Positions 1-8,192 of a stretch of 64,000 bases of DNA are shown here, piece after piece; position 1 is the stretch's first letter, and every line of letters starts with the position of its first letter. Source of the DNA: Gemmatimonadales bacterium (GTDB lineage: Bacteria; Gemmatimonadota; Gemmatimonadetes; Gemmatimonadales; GWC2-71-9); NCBI GenBank assembly GCA_038321865.1, contig JBBQFH010000008.1:50517-114516 (forward strand). Reading direction: 5' to 3'. The translations under genes and the position numbers were made by a program. The notes beneath the pieces were generated by a model. The model worked only from the letters and a program-made list of their open reading frames with translations. It searched no databases and had not been told where the DNA came from.

Positions 1-60
1 CGCCTTGAGATAGTCTTCCGCCGAGCGGGTGAGCGACTCGGCGAGCGCACCGGGGGTCAT
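1..60 (-). CDS. DtxR/MntR/IdeR-family metal-dependent transcriptional regulator (N-terminal fragment, runs off the window edge)
   Basis: The reverse complement of 1-60 reads MTPGALAESLTRSAEDYLKA. 'T-x-S-x-EDYLK' is the typical N-terminal motif of this family. An operator-like palindrome lies just upstream. Confidence 0.75.
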   Translation of the reverse strand, partial: MTPGALAESLTRSAEDYLKA

Positions 61-72
61 GCAGAATCCCGT

Positions 73-93
73 AGTTAGGTTAAGCTAACTCTA
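73..93. promoter_or_regulatory. DtxR/IdeR-type operator palindrome (probable autoregulatory site)
   Basis: AGTTAGGTTAAGCTAACT (73-90) is a 16/18 palindrome. 75-93 TTAGGTTAAGCTAACTCTA resembles the iron-box consensus TWAGGTWAGSCTWACCTWA. It is an AT-rich island 13 bp upstream of the regulator ATG. Confidence 0.7.
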
Positions 94-136
94 GGATGTT
101 GCATGGCGTACGTCAATAGGTGGCAGGAGATTCCCG

Positions 137-661
137 TCAGGTCTGGAGCAGGAGGGAGAGGATCCGTTCGGTCATGCCCCAGATGGGGCCCAGCGGAGTA
201 TCGTATTCCCTGGCGTCGTCGGGAGCGAGCGACGCGAGCTCGATCCACGCCGTCTCCGCCACCTCGGGACTGGCGATCGTGGGCGGGCGCCGCGCCAGCG
301 TGAACACGAACGGGCGCACGGCGACCGGGGGCAACACCGGGATGCGGGGCACGACGTCGGGAAGGACACCGGCGAGATCGGTGTGGTCGAGCACGACACC
401 GACCTCTTCGCGCGTCTCCCGAATCGCCGTGGCCAGGAGATCGGTGTCGTCCGACTGCCGCCGTCCGCCCGGGAGCGCCAGGTGTCCGGACCACGGATCG
501 CCGACCCGGTCGGCGCGCCGGATCAGCAGGAAGGCGTCGGGCTCGGGCACGAGGATGAGCGCTACCGCGGCCCACCAGAGGCCGGGCTCTTCCGCCGTCG
601 GATCGGAAGCGGGGCGGAGCCGCGCCCGAATGTCGGCGAGCCGGGAGGGTCCGGACGTCAT
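137..661 (-). CDS. Nudix hydrolase, CoA pyrophosphatase type
   Basis: Nudix box (PGGRRQSDDTDLLATAIRETREEVG), upstream LLIRRA..DPWSGHLALPGG, and C-terminal IWGMT. Confidence 0.9.
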   Translation of the reverse strand: MTSGPSRLADIRARLRPASDPTAEEPGLWWAAVALILVPEPDAFLLIRRADRVGDPWSGHLALPGGRRQSDDTDLLATAIRETREEVGVVLDHTDLAGVLPDVVPRIPVLPPVAVRPFVFTLARRPPTIASPEVAETAWIELASLAPDDAREYDTPLGPIWGMTERILSLLLQT

Positions 662-1500
662 CCCAGCGAGGCTCCGAGCCAGTCCACGGTGCGCGACATG
701 ACGCGCTCGATCGCTGAATCGGCCGGGGGCGAACTCCAGGGATGCGCGGCGCCGAAGGTGTGGCCGGCTCCGTCGATCAGCGCCAGCTCGGTCGAGGCGC
801 GGCCGCTGGCCGCGTGGAGGCGGCGCGCGTCATCCGGCGCTACGGCCTCGTCCGCCGTCCCGTGCACGATGAGCCAGGGAACCTCGACCCCTGCTGCGGC
901 CCGCACGATGTCCACCGTATCGGCACGCTGCTCGATTTCATCCAGCACGTCGGTGAGCAGGGGAATGACCTGCCCGGTGCGGGCGTTGGCGATCTCGAGA
1001 TGGCCGCTCGCACGCCAGGCGGCGCGCTCGCGAGCGTCCCAGCGCTGGACCGTGCCGATGGCGGCCCAGGTCACGAGGCTCCGTACCCGGCCGTCGCGGG
1101 CGGTCTGGAGAACGGCGATGCCGCCGCCGCGGGAGTGGCCCACCAGCCCGGCGCTGGCTGGCGGCACGACGCCGAGCGCGCCGTCGAACAGGGCATCGGT
1201 GACGGCGCCGAGATCGGCCAGTTCGGCGCCGTAGGTGTTGCGGGCGAAGCGGTCGGGCAGGACGGCATCGCCGGAGGCGTCGACTCCGCTGCCGCTCATG
1301 TTGAACGTGACGGCAGTGAACCCCGCCCGGGCCAGACGCTCCGCCAGCGGCGGGAACATCCCCCAATCCTTGAAGCCCTTGAAGCCGTGGACGACGATCA
1401 CCGCCGGCCGCGGCGACGCGCGTCCGGCGGCGCGGACGTCCACGAAGATCTCACCCAGCGCGCCGTGCAGGACGTGGCGAGTGAGCGTGGGGGTCGCCAT
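658..1500 (-). CDS. Alpha/beta-fold hydrolase (prolyl oligopeptidase/dienelactone hydrolase-like)
   Basis: HGFKGFKDWG, nucleophile elbow GHSRGG, HGTADEAV and GAGHTF. Start moved to the ATG at 1500, just after the upstream stop. Confidence 0.85.
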   Translation of the reverse strand: MATPTLTRHVLHGALGEIFVDVRAAGRASPRPAVIVVHGFKGFKDWGMFPPLAERLARAGFTAVTFNMSGSGVDASGDAVLPDRFARNTYGAELADLGAVTDALFDGALGVVPPASAGLVGHSRGGGIAVLQTARDGRVRSLVTWAAIGTVQRWDARERAAWRASGHLEIANARTGQVIPLLTDVLDEIEQRADTVDIVRAAAGVEVPWLIVHGTADEAVAPDDARRLHAASGRASTELALIDGAGHTFGAAHPWSSPPADSAIERVMSRTVDWLGASLG

Positions 1501-1505
1501 CGACG

Positions 1506-2474
1506 TCAGCTGGAGGAGACGGCGGGCTCGAGCAGCTCGAGCGTCCCGGCGCCGGCGTCGAGCCGGGCCCGCACCCCGAGGGGAATCGTCCACTGGTCGT
1601 CGATATGCCCGATGGGGAATCCGTGGGCGACCGGTACCCCCAACGGCTCGAGATAGGTTGCCAGGACTTCATCGAGCCCCAGCGCCCCATCGGCGCCGCG
1701 ACGGCCGAGCTCGCTGAACCGGCCGATGACGGCGCCCGCGAGCCGATCCAGTAATCCGGCCATCCGCAGGTGTGCCAGCATGCGGTCGATCCGGTAGACC
1801 TCCTCGCCGACGTCTTCGAGGAACAGGAGCGCGCCGTCGAGCCGAGGCGCGAACCTGGTCCCGATCAGGCACTGCAGCAGCGTGAGATTGCCGCCGACGA
1901 GTATTCCTTCCGCGATGCCGCCGCGCAACGTGACCACCCGGTCGCGCTGCGGCACCAGGGTGTCGGGGGGAGTCGGCAGCGCCTCGAGGGTTCCGCCCGG
2001 CGCGGCGACGCCGACCGCGCGTTCGAAATGGCGGCGAGCGAAGGCGGGCATGCTCGCGCGGGCCGTCGGCCCGTGAAAGGTGACGACGCCGGTTTCCTGG
2101 AACAGCGCGACCAGCAGCGCCGTGATGTCGGAATAGCCGATGACCGGCTTCGGATGGCGTGCGAAGCCGTCGAAGTCCACCCGGTCGAGCAGCCGGGTGA
2201 TGCCGTAGCCGCCGCGGATGCACCACACCGCATCGACGTCGGGCGCCGCGAGCGCCGAGTTGAGGTCGGCCAGCCTGGCGTCGTCGCCGCCGGCCAGGTA
2301 GCCGTATTTCTCTGCCGCGTGAGGCGCCAGCGTCGGCTCGTAGCCGAGCGCACGGCAGAGCTCGGCCGCCCGGGCGAGATCGTCGCGCTCGAGCAGCGGG
2401 CCGGCCGGTGCGACCAGCGTCACGCGGCTGCCCGGCACGAGCCGCGGCGGACGTACGATTGGTTTTGGCCCCAT
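1506..2474 (-). CDS. ldcA: LD-carboxypeptidase (peptidase S66)
   Basis: RGGYG, GYSDIT (catalytic Ser), GGNL, LFLEDVGE and FPIGH. Start moved to the ATG at 2474. Confidence 0.9.
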   Translation of the reverse strand: MGPKPIVRPPRLVPGSRVTLVAPAGPLLERDDLARAAELCRALGYEPTLAPHAAEKYGYLAGGDDARLADLNSALAAPDVDAVWCIRGGYGITRLLDRVDFDGFARHPKPVIGYSDITALLVALFQETGVVTFHGPTARASMPAFARRHFERAVGVAAPGGTLEALPTPPDTLVPQRDRVVTLRGGIAEGILVGGNLTLLQCLIGTRFAPRLDGALLFLEDVGEEVYRIDRMLAHLRMAGLLDRLAGAVIGRFSELGRRGADGALGLDEVLATYLEPLGVPVAHGFPIGHIDDQWTIPLGVRARLDAGAGTLELLEPAVSSS

Positions 2475-2519
2475 CGTCTCTCCGTTATACTTCTCTCGAC
2501 CTTTACCTGGAGCACGGCT

Positions 2520-3077
2520 TTGCGCGCTTCGCAGCCTGCGTTGCTCGCCGCTGGTCGTGTGATCGTTGATATGCGGGACTCCATGGTCGCCCAGTGGGCC
2601 GATTGGCTCGGCGACCGCATGACGTCCGCACCCACGATACCGCGTCAGACGGTCGAGCGGGAGTTCCGGCTCCTCATCGATGTTCTCACCGAGATGGTTG
2701 GCCCGCTCCGGCGCGAGGTCCGCGCCGTGTGGTTCCACACCTGCGAGCACTACGGCCGCACGGCCTCGGCGCGCGGGCTCGCCGCGGGCGAAGTGGTCGA
2801 GGAACTGCAATACCTGCGGGAGCTGCTGATCCGGAACCTCGCGCCGGTGCTGGCCGCGATGCGTGCCCGGCAAGGCATGGCGATCATGCTGCGGCTCAAC
2901 CGGGTAATCGACCAGGGTGTCGCCGCGGCGGTGGTGGGCTACACCGACGCGCTGGTCGCGACGCTGTTCGCCCAGAACGGCGTGCCGGTCTCCGACGCCG
3001 ACCGCCACCCCGATGAGGTCGGCCGGCAGCTCACGGCACTCGAAGCCGAGCTCGCCGCGATCGCCCCGCTGCAGTAG
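2520..3077 (+). CDS. Hypothetical all-helical protein, RsbRD N-terminal/protoglobin-like sensor fold possible
   Basis: TTG start with GGAG upstream (alternative ATG at 2571). The pattern HYGRTASARGLAAGEVVEELQYLRELL resembles the H..R...G....EVV.E...LR helix of RsbRD_N-like domains. Confidence 0.6.
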   Translation: MRASQPALLAAGRVIVDMRDSMVAQWADWLGDRMTSAPTIPRQTVEREFRLLIDVLTEMVGPLRREVRAVWFHTCEHYGRTASARGLAAGEVVEELQYLRELLIRNLAPVLAAMRARQGMAIMLRLNRVIDQGVAAAVVGYTDALVATLFAQNGVPVSDADRHPDEVGRQLTALEAELAAIAPLQ

Positions 3078-3084
3078 GACCACG

Positions 3085-4227
3085 GTGGCCGCGCCGCTGT
3101 TCGGGGCGGTGCCCTGGCTGCTGCCGTTCGCGAGCCTGGTCCGGCTGGCCCGGCGCACGCCCAACCTCGAGCTGGCCCCGGACATTCCCGGCGGCCCTCC
3201 CGTCACCCTCATCATTCCGGCCCGAAACGAAAGCCGCACGATCGGTACGGTGCTCGCGTCCGTCCTGTCGAGCAGCTACGGGCCACTCGAGATCATCGTG
3301 GTCGACGACGGTTCGACCGACGACACTGCGGCGCAGGTGGCCGCCGTCGCCGCGCGTGATGGCCGGGTGCGGCTCCTGTCCGGCGCGCCGCTTCCCGCGG
3401 GCTGGTACGGGAAGCCGTGGGCCTGTGTCCAGGGCGCGCGCGCTGCCCGTGGCGACGTCCTCGTCTTCACCGATGCGGACACCCGGCACCAGCCGGCGCT
3501 CCTCGCCCATGCCGTCGGCGCCCTGCTCGCGGAGCGCGCCGATCTCCTGACGATCGCGCCGCGACAGCGCTGCGAGTCGTTCTGGGAGCGAGTCGTCATG
3601 CCGCAGATGTGGCTGCTCCTCGGCCTGCGGTATCATCCCCGGGCGGTCAATCGGGCGCGCCGTGCCCGCGACGTGATCGCCAACGGCCAGTTCATCATGG
3701 TGCGGCGCGCCGCCTACCTGCTGGCGGGCACGCACGAGGCCGTCAAGGCTGAGATCGCCGAAGACCTCGCGCTGGCACAGACTTTCTTCGGCCACGGGCT
3801 GCGGATTCACTTCGCCTTCGCCGAGGCGCTGATGGAAACGCGGATGTACGAGAGCCTCCCGCATCTGATCGAGGGCTGGTCGAAAAACGTCTACCTCGGC
3901 GGCCGGCGCTCCTTTCCGGATGAGCCGGTGCGGCGGGCGCTGGTGCCGGTGGCACTGGCATCCGTCATGGTCTTCTGGCTGGCGCCGCCGCTGGCGCTCG
4001 CGGCCGCGTTGCTTGGCGTGACGCACGGCATCGCGACGGCGGCCGCCCTCGCAACCTCGCTGAGCGTCCTGTTCTGGATGCTGATGTCGTATGGAATGAG
4101 CATTCCGGTCTGGTACGGGCTGCTCTACCCGCTGGGCGCGGCGGTCGTGCTGCACATCGTGGCCCGATCGACGTGGCGCGGCCGGCGCCGGGTCGAGTGG
4201 CGGGGCCGGACCTACTCAGGCGTCTAG
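3085..4227 (+). CDS. Membrane-associated family 2 glycosyltransferase (CrtQ/HpnB-like)
   Basis: IIPARNE, VVDDGSTD, LPAGWYGKPWAC, FTDAD, EDLALA and C-terminal TM helices ending VEWRGRTY. GTG start at 3085. Confidence 0.85.
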   Translation: MAAPLFGAVPWLLPFASLVRLARRTPNLELAPDIPGGPPVTLIIPARNESRTIGTVLASVLSSSYGPLEIIVVDDGSTDDTAAQVAAVAARDGRVRLLSGAPLPAGWYGKPWACVQGARAARGDVLVFTDADTRHQPALLAHAVGALLAERADLLTIAPRQRCESFWERVVMPQMWLLLGLRYHPRAVNRARRARDVIANGQFIMVRRAAYLLAGTHEAVKAEIAEDLALAQTFFGHGLRIHFAFAEALMETRMYESLPHLIEGWSKNVYLGGRRSFPDEPVRRALVPVALASVMVFWLAPPLALAAALLGVTHGIATAAALATSLSVLFWMLMSYGMSIPVWYGLLYPLGAAVVLHIVARSTWRGRRRVEWRGRTYSGV

Positions 4228-5074
4228 CACGCTGCGCACCCGCTCCGCCAGGTCGACGACCGTCCAGGGTTTCCGGATCAGCGCAGGCGGCACCCGGTCG
4301 ACGCCGAGCTGACGGATCTCCTCCGTTCCATAGCCGCTCGAGAACAGAAAGCGCACCGTGTGCCCCTCCCGGCGGAGCGCCTCGTACAGGCCGCGTCCGC
4401 CGAGCCGTGGCATGATGATATCCGAAAGCACCAGGTGCACTTCCGATCGGCGCGCCCGAAACAGCTCCACTGCCTCCTCGCCATCCGCCGCAGTGAGCAC
4501 GGTATAGCCCAGCCGCTCGAGCTCGCGTGTCATAGCCCGGCGAAGCGAGCGCTCATCTTCTACCACGAGGATGGTCTCGGTGCCGGAGGGGAGGCCCTGC
4601 AGGGGCTCCTCAGGGTGGGAGGCGCCGTCGTCCGAGGCGCCCGGGGCGATGCCCCGCCGGAACCCGATTCGGACGGCGGTTCCCTGCCGCGGAGCGCTCT
4701 CCACAGTGATCCACCCCTCCTGCTGGCAGACCAGGCCATACACCATCGACATGCCCAGGCCCGTGCCGAGCGGGGCGGGCTTGGTCGTGAAAAACGGCTC
4801 GAAGATGCGGGCGCGGGTCTCCGCGTCCATGCCGGCTCCGTCGTCGCTGACGACGTTCGCGTCGACGATGCGCCCCGTTTCGGAATCGATCAGCATGCCG
4901 ACGTTAGCTCAGGCCCTTGAGGGTCTCCCACCGAACCAGCTGGTCGATCGGCAGCAGCGCCAGCGCGCGGTCGGACAGAAGGATCCAGGCCACCCCGCAC
5001 ACCGCGTAGATCCCCGCGATGACGAGGGGAGTGAGGAAACGTGCCGACGCGCCGCCGCGGTCCACGGAGCCCAT
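4216..5074 (-). pseudogene. Decayed PAS-containing hybrid histidine kinase (frameshift plus large internal deletions)
   Basis: 5074-4904 encodes a membrane sensor N-terminus (..IYAVCGVAWILLSDR..ETLKGLS*). In an adjacent frame, 4896-4216 encodes a PAS start (MLIDSETGRIVDAN) fused directly to the HATPase G1/F/G2 boxes (VSDDGAGM, FEPFFTTK, GTGLG) and a receiver domain. No HisKA H-box or N-box is present. Confidence 0.75.
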
Positions 5075-5192
5075 CAGTCCCTGCTCCGGCTTTCACCGGC
5101 TTGAGGAAAATCGGTCGGGCGGGCGGCATGGCGGTCCCCGCCGCCGACCCGTCCGGCCGCACCGTACGGCTCTCCCGAAGGAGCCGTTGCGG

Positions 5193-8192
5193 ATGCGCCT
5201 CGACCACCTGCTCCAGCGCATACAAGGCCTGGAGGACCTGCCGCGCCTGTTCGCGGCGCTCGGACACGAGCCGCTCTGGGAAGAGTGGCACGAGCCGGCG
5301 CTCCCGCTCGGAGGCGCGCCGGGCTCCCGCGTTGCGACTGTGGGCCGCTACGGCGGATTCTCATGGCTGGCATTCGAGACCGGCACACCGGCACGCTGCG
5401 CGCGTGCCAATGCGCAACGTCTCAATCGGCAGGGGCGCTGTTCAGGGGTAGTAGCATTGTACCCTGGCGGACGCGAGTTGGCGATTGCCTCCGCGTTCGA
5501 TCCTGACGCGGTGCTGGTGATCAACCTGGCGCAGCCTGCGGCAGCGGGGACGGCCAGCCTGGCACGGCTGGGCACCCCGGCCGGAACGACGCTGGCCTTT
5601 GCCGCGCTCGCGGCGGAAGCACTCGCCGGCGAGCCGATCGGCCGACGCTTCTTCCGGCGCTTCGGCGACACCCTGGGCCGGATGGCCGAGACACTCCCCG
5701 AGCCGATTCCCACCGAGCAACGTCATGCGCTCACGCTGATCCAGCTCACCCGGGTGCTCTTCCTTTACTTCCTGCAATCGAAGGGCTGGCTCGACGGGCG
5801 CAGCGATTTCATCGCCAGGGCGGTGGACGACGTCTTGGCCCGGCGGCGCCTCATCCAGCGGGACCTGCTGCGCCCCCTCTTCTTCGGGACCCTGAACCGT
5901 CCGGCCGAAGAGCGCGGGCGTGCGGCCAGCCGGCTCGGTTCGATTCCGTTTCTGAATGGCGGGTTGTTCGAACCTCACCCCCTTGAGCGGCGCTGGAAGA
6001 CCGACTTCCCCAATCCGGTGTGGCGCGATGCCTTCGATTCCCTCTTCGAGCGATTTCATTTCACCGTCGCCGAGGAGACTGCGATGGGCGGCGTTGCGCC
6101 CGACATGCTGGGGCGTGTCTTCGAGGGCGTCATGGAACCGGGCGAGCGGCGGAGCAGCGGCACGTTCTACACCCCGGCCTCGCTGGTACGGCGGCTGGTT
6201 GACGCGGCACTCGCGGCGGCGCTCGCGTCACGCCTGCGGTGTACCGACGCGGAAGCGTTCGAGCGGCTGATCACCGGTGAGGCGCAGGCGATCGCGGCGG
6301 TGAAACTGTTCCGCGTGCTCGATCCCGCCGTCGGATCGGGTGCATTCCTGCTGGGAGCGCTCGAGCGTCTGGCCCAGCTGCGGCCACAGGACCGGCCGGC
6401 CGCGGTCAAGCGCGACATCCTGCGTCGTTCGCTGTTCGGCGTCGACCGTAACGCGATGGCAGTCCGCCTGACCGAGCTCCGCCTCTGGCTGGCGGTGATT
6501 GCGGCCGAGCCGGACGGCCGCGCTCGCGATGTCGCGCCCCTGCCCAACCTCGATTGTCTGGTGCGCCAGGGTGACAGCCTGGCGGATCCGCTGAGCGGTG
6601 GCGGGGTGACCCGTAGCGAGGCACGAGTGATCGGACAGTTGCGTCAGGAAGCGGTGGCCGCGAGCGGCGGAGACAAGACGCGGCTCCTGCGGGCGCTTCG
6701 CGCGGCCGAGCGGAACGCCGCGGATCGATCGCTGACACGCGCCGATGGTCGGATCAGCCGCGAAATCGCCGAGCTGATCGGTACTGCACGTGCGCCGACC
6801 CTGTTCGGCGGGAAGCCGGCCGTTGGGCCGGATGTCTTCGAGCGCCTGCGCCACCTCCGGCGCGCGAGGTGCGCCATCCGGACGGGTCGGCGCCGGCTGG
6901 CGACCGAGGGAGAGCTCCCCTGGTTCGACTACGAGTCCCAGTTCCCCGATGTCCTGGCGCGGGGCGGCTTCGACATCGTGATCGGGAACCCGCCCTGGGT
7001 GCGCGCGGAGTCGCTGCCGGCGGCGGTGCGTGAGCGCCTGGCGGCGCGCTATCGCTGGTGGCGCGGATCCCGGGGCCGGGGGTTCGCGCACCGGCCCGAC
7101 CTCGCGATCGCGTTCATCGAACGGGCGCACGAGCTGGTCGCTCCCGGCGGGGCAGTCGCATTGCTCGTTCCGTCGAAAGTGGCGGCAGCGGGCTACGGTG
7201 CCGCGGTGCGCTCCGCGCTGGCCGCGGGCACCCAGTTGCACGCGGTCGTGGACCTGTCCGCCGACCCGGATGCGGCATTTGAGGCGACAGCGTATCCCAT
7301 GGCAGTGGTCCTGAGCAAGCGCGCCTCTCCCACCGGGCACCGGATCCGGACCGTGCTCGATCCGCGCGCCCCCGGCGACATCGCGCAGCGCGAGCTTGGG
7401 GAAGGGCCGTGGATCATTCGCGGCCGCCAGGCGGCGCACGTCGCGCGTGACATTCGCGCGGCCCATCCGCTCCTCTCCGACCGGTTCGTCTGTCACCTGG
7501 GTGTCAAGACCGGAGCTGATGATCTGTTCCTCGACCCACCGGCCGAGATCGAGCGGGGCCTTCTCCGGTGGGCGATTCGCGGCCGCGACATCGCGGCGTT
7601 CCGGGTCATGGCCCGCCGCCGTCTGCTCTGGACGCACGACGCACGCGGCGAGCCGCTTGCACGGCTGCCGCACGCCGCCGCCCGATACCTGTCGCGGCAC
7701 GAGGGACGGCTTCGCGCGAGGGCGGACTTCGTTCGCGGACCGTCGTGGACCGTCTTCCGGGTGGCGGCCGGTGTGGAGCGGCACCGCGTCGCCTGGCCGG
7801 ATCTGTCACGCGGACTGGTGGCGGTGGCGCTCGCGGGGCCGTCGGGAGCCGTCGTTCCGCTCAACACCTGCTACGTCGCCATCACGGCGAACGATTCCGA
7901 GTCGCACGCGCTGGCGGCGTGGCTCAACTGCACCTGGGTGCGAGCGCTCGCCGGCCTGATCGCCATGCCCGCCGCCGGGGGGTTCGCACGCCACGGGACC
8001 GGAACGGTCGGCGCGCTCCCGCTGCCGCTGGCCGCGATCGCCGACCCGCGGCTCGCCGCGCTCGGTGCGCGCGCGGGCACAGGAGAGGCGCTTCAGGACG
8101 AGATCGACGAGCTGACCGCGGGCGCCCTGGGCCTCACGCCGCAGGAGCGAAGTGTCCTGGCATCCGTCGTCGGTCCCGACGATCGTCGCTGA
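5193..8192 (+). CDS. Large N6-adenine DNA methyltransferase (Eco57I/TaqI-like, gamma-class motif order)
   Basis: IPFLNGGLF, LGRVFE, GTFYTP, motif I DPAVGSGAFL, motif IV GFDIVIGNPPW, and a C-terminal TRD-like region (..NTCY..LAAWLN). Start chosen at ATG 5193 after GGAG. Confidence 0.85.
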   Translation: MRLDHLLQRIQGLEDLPRLFAALGHEPLWEEWHEPALPLGGAPGSRVATVGRYGGFSWLAFETGTPARCARANAQRLNRQGRCSGVVALYPGGRELAIASAFDPDAVLVINLAQPAAAGTASLARLGTPAGTTLAFAALAAEALAGEPIGRRFFRRFGDTLGRMAETLPEPIPTEQRHALTLIQLTRVLFLYFLQSKGWLDGRSDFIARAVDDVLARRRLIQRDLLRPLFFGTLNRPAEERGRAASRLGSIPFLNGGLFEPHPLERRWKTDFPNPVWRDAFDSLFERFHFTVAEETAMGGVAPDMLGRVFEGVMEPGERRSSGTFYTPASLVRRLVDAALAAALASRLRCTDAEAFERLITGEAQAIAAVKLFRVLDPAVGSGAFLLGALERLAQLRPQDRPAAVKRDILRRSLFGVDRNAMAVRLTELRLWLAVIAAEPDGRARDVAPLPNLDCLVRQGDSLADPLSGGGVTRSEARVIGQLRQEAVAASGGDKTRLLRALRAAERNAADRSLTRADGRISREIAELIGTARAPTLFGGKPAVGPDVFERLRHLRRARCAIRTGRRRLATEGELPWFDYESQFPDVLARGGFDIVIGNPPWVRAESLPAAVRERLAARYRWWRGSRGRGFAHRPDLAIAFIERAHELVAPGGAVALLVPSKVAAAGYGAAVRSALAAGTQLHAVVDLSADPDAAFEATAYPMAVVLSKRASPTGHRIRTVLDPRAPGDIAQRELGEGPWIIRGRQAAHVARDIRAAHPLLSDRFVCHLGVKTGADDLFLDPPAEIERGLLRWAIRGRDIAAFRVMARRRLLWTHDARGEPLARLPHAAARYLSRHEGRLRARADFVRGPSWTVFRVAAGVERHRVAWPDLSRGLVAVALAGPSGAVVPLNTCYVAITANDSESHALAAWLNCTWVRALAGLIAMPAAGGFARHGTGTVGALPLPLAAIADPRLAALGARAGTGEALQDEIDELTAGALGLTPQERSVLASVVGPDDRR

